Virus record (IMG/VR): IMGVR_UViG_3300045988_146774
Span: 107,897 to 171,896 of that record
DNA: 64,000 bases
Strand: one strand, 5' to 3'
Source: a virus
Below the pieces are notes generated by a model, which made no database searches, had not been told where the DNA came from, and worked only from the letters and a program-made list of their open reading frames with translations. The translations under genes were made by a program, and so were the position numbers. The first letter of the stretch is position 1. Each line of letters starts with the position of its first letter. Shown here piece by piece: positions 54,646 through 62,647 of the stretch.

Positions 54646-54805
54646 CTTTATCACCGCCAAATCCAACAAAATTTGTTAATGTGATCAACCCTGGAATCAA
54701 TAATACCCATGCATTATCGGCATTTTGATTAATAATCATTGATTCAATTACTACAAGCGCAGTACAAATCCATGCAGAAATCAAAACCTTATTAGAATCT
54801 TTCAT
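54632..54805 (-). CDS. small membrane protein (57 aa, below ORF-track cutoff)
   Basis: Hand translation MKDSNKVLISAWICTALVVIESMIINQNADNAWVLLIPGLITLTNFVGFGGDKDDME. GAGGTGAG upstream. Confidence 0.4.
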   Translation of the reverse strand: MKDSNKVLISAWICTALVVIESMIINQNADNAWVLLIPGLITLTNFVGFGGDKDDME

Positions 54806-54825
54806 GTTCTCACCTCATTTTTTAA

Positions 54826-54854
54826 ATATGGCGATCATTTTCAGACCGCCATAT
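54826..54854. promoter_or_regulatory. hairpin ATATGGCG-(13)-CGCCATAT between the 334-aa gene and the NAD block
   Basis: 8-bp perfect stem at 54826-54833 / 54847-54854. Only a weak U tract follows on the minus strand. Confidence 0.35.
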
Positions 54855-54862
54855 ATTGTGCA

Positions 54863-55867
54863 TTATTCTGTTGTCGCAATATTCTCTGTACTTTCTTTTG
54901 CAGCTTTCATAGCTCTCAAATAAGCTTCCGTCTGAATCTGAATCTTTTCTTCACGCTCTTTTTCTTCTTGAATTCTCTTCTTTTCAGCACGACGATCCAT
55001 CTGTCTCTGTTTTCTTTCCCATCTCTTCTGTCTACGAGCTTCGAGTAATGCTTCATATTCCGCATTTTCTTTTCCAAGTTCTTTCATTGCAGCAAGCATC
55101 TTCATTGCCTGTTCTACTTTCTTTACATACACTTTTTCATATTTTAATTCTTCAGCTTTCTTTTCGATACCTTCTGGTGTGAGCGTGTGTCCATACATTT
55201 CTTTTGCAATTGCCAAGTAAAGAACTTTCTCCATCGAGAATTCATCTCTAGGGTCGCATACCATCTCGTATTTTTTATAATAATATGTTACTTTTACAAC
55301 TCTCCCAGGAACAACTTCATCAATTAAATTAAAACCAGATTTCCATTTGTAATATTCAATCTTCTTTTTAATTTTTTCTACTCGCTTCAGATGATCTTCA
55401 TCTTTTGGATGTACTTTCTTCTTTTCAATTTCTGTTTCAATATTTTTCTTCACCATTTCTCTTGTCTCCTTTGCAATATTATTTATTAATCCTGTTGATA
55501 CTTTGAATCCATCTATACTAGATTTTGGAGCAGATATAATTGGTTGTTTCTCAAGCTGCTTTATTAATTTACTATAAGCTTCTTTATCTATAAAATCAGC
55601 CTGACGTGCAAGCGTCACTTTATATGGTTCAAACATCTCGTCTGTCCAATACCAATTTTTGTAATCTTCTTCAATAAGATAACGTTCATACTCGTTAACA
55701 ACCTTTTCAATGGTAACAACAGTCCCACAATATTTTTTCATTTCATTTTTGAACAAGCAACGATCATCTGCTTTTACAATACTGATATCACTAAAAAGCT
55801 CTCCGAATTCTTTAACCATATCATCCCATTGCCTGACACGTACTTTGTCTCCTACTTTGTATTTCAT
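54863..55867 (-). CDS. hypothetical protein with K/E-rich coiled-coil C-terminus
   Basis: ATG 55867 lies 9 nt after GGGAGG. 334 aa. Confidence 0.7.
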   Translation of the reverse strand: MKYKVGDKVRVRQWDDMVKEFGELFSDISIVKADDRCLFKNEMKKYCGTVVTIEKVVNEYERYLIEEDYKNWYWTDEMFEPYKVTLARQADFIDKEAYSKLIKQLEKQPIISAPKSSIDGFKVSTGLINNIAKETREMVKKNIETEIEKKKVHPKDEDHLKRVEKIKKKIEYYKWKSGFNLIDEVVPGRVVKVTYYYKKYEMVCDPRDEFSMEKVLYLAIAKEMYGHTLTPEGIEKKAEELKYEKVYVKKVEQAMKMLAAMKELGKENAEYEALLEARRQKRWERKQRQMDRRAEKKRIQEEKEREEKIQIQTEAYLRAMKAAKESTENIATTE

Positions 55868-55893
55868 TATGTATGTACCTCCCATTTTTATAT

Positions 55894-55966
55894 ACTATAT
55901 ATTGTATTTTATATTTTATTCACCACTATATATCGATTTATTTTGCCGTTGAAACATGCTTTTCAT
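55894..55966. promoter_or_regulatory. intergenic module D: two ACTATATAT boxes + TGAAA..TTTCA hairpin
   Basis: ACTATATATTGT at 55894-55905 (identical to module A), ACTATATAT at 55925-55933, hairpin at 55950-55965. Confidence 0.55.
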
Positions 55967-56016
55967 CTAGCTACTAATAGTGTGGCTAGTTATGAAACCA
56001 ACCACACCACATACTA

Positions 56017-56403
56017 TTAATTTAAGTCCGCAAGCAACTTGTCTAAATCTTCATCAGACATATTCTCAAGAGCTTCATCCTGTCTTTTCGCTTTAATTTC
56101 AAGAATGCGCTGTCTCTTTTCTTTGTTCTTCTTTTCATTCTCTCTTGCTTCTTTTTCTGCTAATTTTTTGTTGACGATATATTTGATAATCTCAATTTTA
56201 TTAGTTAAATCTTCATCTTCTTTGGTCTTTGCGTTTAAAAGGCTTTCTTCTTCTGATTTTTTTACTTCCGCATTAAGAGTCTTAAATACAGAATCGAGAT
56301 CTGTGAGAGATAAATTCCATAAATCGATCACATTAATCATTCCTTTGAATGGAAATAAATAGTTCTCTCTTGTTGCTACTTCAAATAAATTTACTTCACT
56401 CAT
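56017..56403 (-). CDS. charged coiled-coil protein
   Basis: 128 aa. K/E-rich. Confidence 0.65.
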   Translation of the reverse strand: MSEVNLFEVATRENYLFPFKGMINVIDLWNLSLTDLDSVFKTLNAEVKKSEEESLLNAKTKEDEDLTNKIEIIKYIVNKKLAEKEARENEKKNKEKRQRILEIKAKRQDEALENMSDEDLDKLLADLN

Positions 56404-56421
56404 GTTTATATTCTCCTTTAA

Positions 56422-58479
56422 TTAAAATTTAATCTTCATCACACGCTCTGTCGCACCCTTGACTTTTACAATCAAATCTGCTCTTTTAGTCATAGAAAAT
56501 CCAATTCCTGAAAGCTGATCTTCTGTATCTTCTACATGACATTTCGCTCCAAGAGCCTCAAATACTCTTTTGTGTTTCTGTAAATCCTGTTTTAAGAATT
56601 CATTATAGAACCCATTTGGTTCTTCAGTATTTACACAATCTTTTAAGAAAAAGAACAGATGCCTATGTCCAATTCCATCCTGACCATCAAAATAATTCGG
56701 GCTATAACTAATGACAGAAACGGGAACAAATTTATTTGTATTCACACCCCAAACCTCATGACTTGAAATTGAAGAATTTCCAGCAAGTTTCTCTTTGATA
56801 GAAAAATTACCATCTTTGTCAAGTGTCACTTCTGCAACTTGTACATTCTCTCCACTTCTCATAGATTTGTTATAATCAAATTTATACAACTCTCCATTAA
56901 ATTCAATTTCTGCTCTAAATCCTTTTCTAACAGATCCGCTAAACTGATTCACAAAAAACTTATACACACCCGGTTTCATTTTTGATAAATCAGACCAAGT
57001 AATATTTTCTACAGCCACACGACCACAAGGATTAATTACGTCAACATCTAACTCTCCTGTCATCTTAGATGGACGTGGCTTTCTACAATTGCCAAAATAA
57101 ATATGATTCTTGTCTGGCTCGATACAATGTGCATCAAGATCACAGTTATCTCGTCCGTCTTCGTTCCACTGAATAGAGAATCTTAATACCCCTTCTACAT
57201 TTCCACCAGCTGCTTTTACTTTCTGTTTCATGTCAGAATCGGTAATATTACCTGTGTATGCCCAGCTAAGTCTATTTCTCCATTTGAACATCTGTTTAGA
57301 GTCCGGATTCACAGGAGCAATCATAGATACAAAATTCTTTTCATGTTTATTCTCTACATATGCTTCGACTTCTTTTGCAGTTGGAAGTACCTTATCAATA
57401 AAATCTTGTACAGGAATCTCTTCAACCTTTGAAAATTTCTTCGGACTGGTAACTACTTCTTTTTCCATTTGACCGAAGATGTCGTCTGCTCCAAGCATTC
57501 TTCCGGTCGCACTTTTATTTGAAAACAATACATTGTTAACGGTAATATCATTCAAATTTGCAAATCTTCTCTGCAATGATTCCATATAACCAAGTTCTGT
57601 AATTGTTTTCTTGGCATCTTCAAGCATTTTCTTTGTAAAAATAGCTTTCGGTCTTTTATAATTTGCCGGAGCTACAATCTGCTCATATTTTTTAACAGCG
57701 GTATCAAGATCCATGTCATTACTTACGTTTACGAGAAGCGTTCCAATGGAATGATTTCTAATTCTTCCAATTGACATACCAGCTATTGCAGATTTCTCCC
57801 ATGCATATAATTCTTTTTCTGATTCGCTTGATAATTTGTCATATTCTTTTTTATATTTTTTGAACTCTGTAAGTACAACTTTCCACTCTTCACCCTTGTA
57901 GAGTGTATTAGAATTAATTAACTCAAGAATTGTATTAATTGAATCCATTGTAATTTCATCAAGTGATCGTTTGAATACATTTCTTGTATCTCTAAACTGT
58001 CCTTTAATCTCTTCGTTTGATCGACTTGATTCATTCACGAATTTTCTAGGAAGAGTTAAGAAGAAATGATCCCATTTATGTGGTTTTCCATTAATTTCTT
58101 CATAATTGTAATTTGTTCCAATATTTTTAAACTTACTGATATACATGTCGATAACAGAATGAGCCTTTACATATTTATCAAGTGCATCACATACAGGCTG
58201 ATATGTAGTATCTCCAAGATTTAATTCCCAAATTGTATGTATTTTATTATCTTTAATAGATACTGCTGCACCAATATTCTTAATAAAATGACGACAGCAA
58301 CTACAATCATGTTCTCTTCTTTCTCTAAAAATCTCATTTGTTCCGGCAGGAAAACTGTCAAGATATGTATTCCATAATTCATCTTTATCAACGTCTACTT
58401 CAAACAAATGTGTTGCATTCTCCTGCATCTCTTCAAAATGTTTCTGTAACTCATTCTTAAATCTTATAAAACCGTCCAT
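56422..58479 (-). CDS. large hypothetical protein
   Basis: 685 aa. N-terminal EHDCSCCRHF Cys cluster. C-terminal beta-rich region CDLDAHC..GELDVDV..ENITW. Confidence 0.8.
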   Translation of the reverse strand: MDGFIRFKNELQKHFEEMQENATHLFEVDVDKDELWNTYLDSFPAGTNEIFRERREHDCSCCRHFIKNIGAAVSIKDNKIHTIWELNLGDTTYQPVCDALDKYVKAHSVIDMYISKFKNIGTNYNYEEINGKPHKWDHFFLTLPRKFVNESSRSNEEIKGQFRDTRNVFKRSLDEITMDSINTILELINSNTLYKGEEWKVVLTEFKKYKKEYDKLSSESEKELYAWEKSAIAGMSIGRIRNHSIGTLLVNVSNDMDLDTAVKKYEQIVAPANYKRPKAIFTKKMLEDAKKTITELGYMESLQRRFANLNDITVNNVLFSNKSATGRMLGADDIFGQMEKEVVTSPKKFSKVEEIPVQDFIDKVLPTAKEVEAYVENKHEKNFVSMIAPVNPDSKQMFKWRNRLSWAYTGNITDSDMKQKVKAAGGNVEGVLRFSIQWNEDGRDNCDLDAHCIEPDKNHIYFGNCRKPRPSKMTGELDVDVINPCGRVAVENITWSDLSKMKPGVYKFFVNQFSGSVRKGFRAEIEFNGELYKFDYNKSMRSGENVQVAEVTLDKDGNFSIKEKLAGNSSISSHEVWGVNTNKFVPVSVISYSPNYFDGQDGIGHRHLFFFLKDCVNTEEPNGFYNEFLKQDLQKHKRVFEALGAKCHVEDTEDQLSGIGFSMTKRADLIVKVKGATERVMKIKF

Positions 58480-58545
58480 GTTTCTATTCCTTTCCTCTTA
58501 TATATTCTCTGTAATTTTCCAGAAAAAACTTAAAATTCATGTCTA

Positions 58546-58574
58546 TTGATTTATTCTTTCTTTAGACATATAAT
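58546..58574 (+). promoter_or_regulatory. consensus-like sigma-70 promoter on the plus strand
   Basis: TTGATT (58546-58551), 17-nt spacer, TATAAT (58569-58574). Confidence 0.55.
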
Positions 58575-58668
58575 GTATATTAATGGTAGTCACTAAGTGC
58601 AATTTCAACTTGTCCCAAGTGATCGTATGGTATTTAAACCTTAACGACACATGAAAGGAGTTGATTGT

Positions 58669-58767
58669 ATGAGTAGACCAAAGGTGCACGTACGTGCATA
58701 CAAGCGGTTCCGTCTTAACAGATGGGAACTTGTTTGTGAACACTGGCGTAATTATCCGACACGATAA
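58669..58767 (+). CDS. basic 32-aa micro-protein on the opposite strand
   Basis: GAAAGGAG lies 8 nt upstream of the ATG. Hand translation MSRPKVHVRAYKRFRLNRWELVCEHWRNYPTR. Downstream of the promoter at 58546. Confidence 0.45.
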   Translation: MSRPKVHVRAYKRFRLNRWELVCEHWRNYPTR

Positions 58768-58807
58768 TTACCCTGCTTAGTGGCTACCAGAAATATTATC
58801 TATTGAT

Positions 58808-58975
58808 TTATTTTTTCTTTTGAACAATTGTTTCCCAAAAGTATTTATAATCATTTTCTAAGCAAATCTTTCCATAATCAGCATAGCTTTGATATTTGTC
58901 TGGTTTTGCCATAGAACGATAACATTCATTCTTTTTGGGACAATCTTTACTCATACACATTGTAATATCAGGCAT
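58808..58975 (-). CDS. Cys-rich mini-protein (55 aa, below ORF-track cutoff)
   Basis: Hand translation MPDITMCMSKDCPKKNECYRSMAKPDKYQSYADYGKICLENDYKYFWETIVQKKK. 8-nt overlap with the upstream stop. Confidence 0.5.
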   Translation of the reverse strand: MPDITMCMSKDCPKKNECYRSMAKPDKYQSYADYGKICLENDYKYFWETIVQKKK

Positions 58976-59498
58976 TATTCTCACTTCCTTTCACAATATT
59001 CTTACTACACGCCTTCTTCACATCTAACGGTGTCGGGCAAAAATCTGTAGTTTGAATCGCTTTAATGATCACCGGTGACACTTTTCCTTTTGCATAACAG
59101 AAAACCATATCTCCTACGGTTATATTCTTTTTGAATTCATTCCAGTTTCCACCATTAGGAACTCTCCAGACATATAACTTTTTATCCGGAGAATTTGGAT
59201 GAACACCCCATACATATGTAGTATTCTCTGTTCTGTAGGCAGGTTCTTTTACATGGTTGTCTCTCTTTCGACCATTCTTACTGCGAATAATCTTCGCCTC
59301 GTCTACACCAAGTTCCTTCAGAACCAAATACATTACATATCCGTCAGTTAATATATTCTCTTTATCAACCACTATGTATTTACTTTGTCTTCCAGTTTTA
59401 ATCCAATGCTCTTTGCAATCATCAATCTTCTCTTTTCTTGGATGCGTTTGAGCAAAAGATTCCGGAATGATGATGTCACTCATTTTCATAGTTTTCAT
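58968..59498 (-). CDS. ParB-N-like domain protein
   Basis: 176 aa. IIIPESF..P...K......YIVVDKENILTDGYVMYLVLKELG resembles the ParB/Srx N-terminal fold pattern. Confidence 0.45.
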   Translation of the reverse strand: MKTMKMSDIIIPESFAQTHPRKEKIDDCKEHWIKTGRQSKYIVVDKENILTDGYVMYLVLKELGVDEAKIIRSKNGRKRDNHVKEPAYRTENTTYVWGVHPNSPDKKLYVWRVPNGGNWNEFKKNITVGDMVFCYAKGKVSPVIIKAIQTTDFCPTPLDVKKACSKNIVKGSENNA

Positions 59499-60940
59499 TA
59501 TGCAGTTGCTCCCTTCTGAATATAGCTATCGAAATTGTTCTTTAAGAACATATAATTGATCTTCTGACTTGGACTGAATGTTTCATCTGTTTTTTCATAT
59601 TTCTTAACCCATTCTTCAAAATCACTGTCTCTTTCTTTTTGACAAGCGTATGCCATAAGTGCCACCAACGCTTTTTGACATTGCTCATATACCGGAGAAT
59701 CAACCTTTACTGTATCCTGCACCATTGCATCGAAAAGCTCTACATCATCTTCTTCAATGTTTTCATCAACGTTTTCCTTTACAAAATCCAATGTACTTTC
59801 AACATTCTCATTATTCTCTTCTTTTTCTACTGCATCTATGTATTCTTCTTTAATATGTAAATACTCTTTCATGAGATCACAAAGTAAGTTAATTTTATCT
59901 GTTATATTCTTTTTGTTTCTTGTTCCACCAAGACTTACAAGACCATCAAAACTTACTCCATCTACTTCTCTACTATGTAATTCGTCTTCAAACGCAGCTA
60001 CAAATCTTTCAAATTCTGTATCGTCTAATTTATATTTATTGAACTCATTAAATACAGCCACCCATACAGGAATTAACACCGCCTGAAATGCATTCTGATG
60101 CTTGTCTACACATACTTTTTCAATTCTATCTAAGTAACTGCTAATAGTATCAAATTCACTGCATGAACTTTCTTCATCAAGGTACTTATTCTCTACTTCA
60201 GCTTGTCTCTTCCAGTCTTCCAAATGGAATACAGTCATTACAGAATCACAAACCGACTGTTCATATGTACCATTTTTACTCATTGCTTTTTTGCAAGGGA
60301 CACAATTTTTATAAAACTCTCCCTGGGTAATATTTTTTATTCTTCTCGCATATTCCGGAACCCATGTAAGCCCCTTCTGATTTGTAGACATTCCTTTGCT
60401 TCTGTTATATCTACGTACATATTTACTTACTTGCTTCATAGAATTGCATTTCTGAATGGCTAATTCAATTTGGTAATTATCGAATATTTTTTTCAATTCT
60501 TTTGGAAGTTGCTCGTACGTTTTTCCTTTGATATTAAATTCAAGCATATCGTATACAACTTCATTATTATCATCTCTAACAATCTTCCCATTCTCATCCC
60601 GACGTTTTGCCTGATAATGAATGATACTGTCTTCTACTTTGGTATTCACTTTCCAATTCATAGTTTTGAATGAATTAAGAGCAAATGTCCGCTGATTTCC
60701 ATCTGATACATACCGTTTTGTAATTCCATCCTCAGATTCAATTTCTCCAAGAATAATAGGAGGAATGTAATCTTCTGTAAGAACAGTAATTACAAGTTCA
60801 TCAACAAACTTTTTATCCTGACAGAAAACCCTCTGTACATCCTGGTCTGTAGATATATCCTCTTCATTTACATCATTTAAATATGTCTCCAACGCCATTG
60901 ACATTTTTCTTACTTTCTTCGTCATTTCACATTCCTCCAT
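59498..60940 (-). CDS. DUF262-domain protein (GmrSD N-terminal-like), no DUF1524/HNH half
   Basis: 480 aa. DVQRVFCQ (QR motif) and SDGNQRT (DGQQR-type motif). Acidic C-terminal half. Confidence 0.65.
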   Translation of the reverse strand: MEECEMTKKVRKMSMALETYLNDVNEEDISTDQDVQRVFCQDKKFVDELVITVLTEDYIPPIILGEIESEDGITKRYVSDGNQRTFALNSFKTMNWKVNTKVEDSIIHYQAKRRDENGKIVRDDNNEVVYDMLEFNIKGKTYEQLPKELKKIFDNYQIELAIQKCNSMKQVSKYVRRYNRSKGMSTNQKGLTWVPEYARRIKNITQGEFYKNCVPCKKAMSKNGTYEQSVCDSVMTVFHLEDWKRQAEVENKYLDEESSCSEFDTISSYLDRIEKVCVDKHQNAFQAVLIPVWVAVFNEFNKYKLDDTEFERFVAAFEDELHSREVDGVSFDGLVSLGGTRNKKNITDKINLLCDLMKEYLHIKEEYIDAVEKEENNENVESTLDFVKENVDENIEEDDVELFDAMVQDTVKVDSPVYEQCQKALVALMAYACQKERDSDFEEWVKKYEKTDETFSPSQKINYMFLKNNFDSYIQKGATA

Positions 60941-60946
60941 TGTTTT

Positions 60947-61603
60947 TTAAATCAAAAATTTTATATTTCTATAATCTTGTATAACTCCTAAGTTATTTAT
61001 ATATTCCTTTTCTGTAATATGTAATCTAATGATAATTTCACTTTTCTTATATCCGGCACTCAACAGATCTACAATTTTTCTTTGCAATATTGAAAGCTGG
61101 GCAAGATATTTTTCTATTTTTTCATCCACATATTTTTCAGAAGTAACTTCTTCAAAAACATCGAATGAAGATTTTAAGCTATCTTCTATTGTTACCCCCT
61201 CTGTTATCTCCGAATGTATGGAGACATTTTCTATGAGAATATATCTTTCCTTCCCATTTACTACTTCTTCAACAATTTTGTTTCCATTCTCATCCCTTGC
61301 ATACTGTTGACGTTTGTCTCTATTGCACCAAGTACATGTTTGCTTCATCTTTCTAACAAGCATTGTTTTAAGATAATCATCAAACGAATCATTCTCTTCC
61401 TCATTAAAGCTTTCAAGAATCTTCCAAAGTTGCATATTTGCCATGCTAAGAAATTCGTCATAATCTTTGTCAACCCATTTATATCCGCACCCCTTACCGA
61501 ATCTGGTAGTCTGATAACCTATCAGTTTCCTCAGTTTTTTCATATTGTCAGCCGAATATTCACGATATATCTCTTCTTTTTGCTCTTGATCCATCGGTAT
61601 CAC
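60947..61603 (-). CDS. sigma-70 family (ECF-sized) RNA polymerase sigma factor
   Basis: 218 aa. Region-2-like DEFLSMANMQLWKILESF..DDYLKTMLVRK. Region-4 HTH LSILQRKIVDLLSAGYKKSEIIIRLHITEKEY. Confidence 0.65.
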   Translation of the reverse strand: MIPMDQEQKEEIYREYSADNMKKLRKLIGYQTTRFGKGCGYKWVDKDYDEFLSMANMQLWKILESFNEEENDSFDDYLKTMLVRKMKQTCTWCNRDKRQQYARDENGNKIVEEVVNGKERYILIENVSIHSEITEGVTIEDSLKSSFDVFEEVTSEKYVDEKIEKYLAQLSILQRKIVDLLSAGYKKSEIIIRLHITEKEYINNLGVIQDYRNIKFLI

Positions 61604-62424
61604 TCTCCCTCACACAATTTATCAAGCCATTCTATGTCTTCTGTTTCTCTTACTTTAAAAACTCTATTCTCCAAATGTTTTACACTTCCTAGTATTTTTT
61701 GTGACGAAGGAATTTTATGTTCACCAGTTGGTTTCGCAAGAATTACATCTAATATGTACATTTCGTCTTTTACGATTCTTCTGCGACGAAGACATTCTCT
61801 TATCTTTTTGTATTGCATAAAACCCATACAAGCATTTATATCATCCTCAAGCTCAATTTTATGCAATATATTCGATAGATTCTTATCCGTATTTGATAAG
61901 CAGTCTAGCAATTCACGCCTTCTCTCTTCAGCATCTAAGAACAAATCGTTGTATTGCGTTACTCTATCGACCCAATTCATAACATTTAATGGTGCTTTGT
62001 AAGAAGTATTTTTGATAATTTCCTTTTTCTTCTTATTATAAGAAGTGTTTTTCACCACAGTTTTTTCAACAATTACTGTCTTTTTGCTTGGAATTTCTTC
62101 TTCATCAGAAATATTAAGCTCAGATTGTACTACCGGCTCTTTTACAAAATTCATCTTTTGTAATACTTTTGGCAGATGATCTAAAACATTCTGTGCTTTT
62201 ATGTCATCGAAGACTTTTGCTTCATTTTTGCCACAAACAATAGGACTTCCACCTTCGCCAATGCGTAGATAGAGCTTCTTTTTGCGACAAACGAGCAGAA
62301 AATAACCCAATGAAATCACCCTTTCATAAAAATATTTTCGAGAAATAATCCTCGATTTCGATAAAATGACACAAGAAATAAACCTTGTACGTCTTTTATC
62401 GTTCAAGAACGTATTCTCTTTCAC
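61600..62424 (-). CDS. hypothetical protein (start uncertain), 4-nt overlap with the sigma gene
   Basis: 274 aa as tracked. The N-terminal 60 aa look low-complexity. Internal Met candidates exist. Confidence 0.55.
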   Translation of the reverse strand: MKENTFLNDKRRTRFISCVILSKSRIISRKYFYERVISLGYFLLVCRKKKLYLRIGEGGSPIVCGKNEAKVFDDIKAQNVLDHLPKVLQKMNFVKEPVVQSELNISDEEEIPSKKTVIVEKTVVKNTSYNKKKKEIIKNTSYKAPLNVMNWVDRVTQYNDLFLDAEERRRELLDCLSNTDKNLSNILHKIELEDDINACMGFMQYKKIRECLRRRRIVKDEMYILDVILAKPTGEHKIPSSQKILGSVKHLENRVFKVRETEDIEWLDKLCEGE

Positions 62425-62475
62425 AGAGTTACAATATTTAATTATTACATTTGCGAAAAATTGGCAGAATTTGCC

Positions 62476-62516
62476 TTGACTATATTCTTGATAATATGTA
62501 ATAATATAGTTATAGT
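62476..62516 (+). promoter_or_regulatory. two overlapping plus-strand promoter candidates
   Basis: TTGACT(62476)-17-TAATAA and TTGATA(62488)-17-TATAGT(62511-62516). Confidence 0.5.
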
Positions 62517-62589
62517 CGTTAACGGCTATGGTGTTAATTCACTAGACAAGTTCACGGGTGGCAGCCCATTATGTGAACTTGTCTTTTTT
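62511..62589 (+). ncRNA. candidate small RNA (promoter-to-terminator unit, about 65-80 nt)
   Basis: No ORF longer than 5 codons. Bounded by the promoters at 62476-62516 and the strong terminator at 62545-62589. Antisense to the leader of the 61600-62424 / sigma operon. Confidence 0.45.
62545..62589 (+). terminator. rho-independent terminator (plus strand)
   Basis: GACAAGTTCAC-(17)-GTGAACTTGTC, an 11-bp perfect stem followed by TTTTTT. Confidence 0.75.
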
Positions 62590-62647
62590 ATTCTGTTATT
62601 TTCGACATGTTTATTATAGCTTCGAACAAATGTTCTTGTCAACATCT

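Noticed and set aside
5008-58500. TATTCTC(T/C) plus-strand motif as a dedicated phage promoter
   Set aside because: Most copies are explained as the reverse complement of the GGAGAATA Shine-Dalgarno region, often fused to a TAA/TAG stop. A minority with the longer AGAGAATATA(N)AAGAG(A/G)GG form (58491, 35401, 28001, 33251) could still carry extra signal. I cannot separate that from RBS context by eye.
58543-58743. 66-aa minus-strand ORF in the 58.5 kb gap
   Set aside because: It has a GTG start without an SD. The opposite strand has a consensus promoter, a strong SD and an ATG, so the plus-strand micro-ORF is the better-supported reading. Neither is proven.
555-60673. All other plus-strand ORFs in the track that lie inside minus-strand genes (e.g. 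555-818, 9773-10000, 21454-21804, 40355-40738, 42790-43185, 44288-44638, 56039-56362, 59757-60086)
   Set aside because: Each overlaps a longer minus-strand ORF that has recognisable motifs or tiles head-to-tail with its neighbours. Their composition is typical of antisense frames in A+T-rich DNA.
61214-62002. 262-aa plus-strand ORF spanning the sigma-factor / 274-aa gene junction
   Set aside because: It is antisense to two well-supported minus-strand genes. The translation is F/L/I/S-rich and low-complexity, as expected for the mirror frame of K/E/N-rich coding sequence. There is no SD or promoter. This is a shadow ORF.
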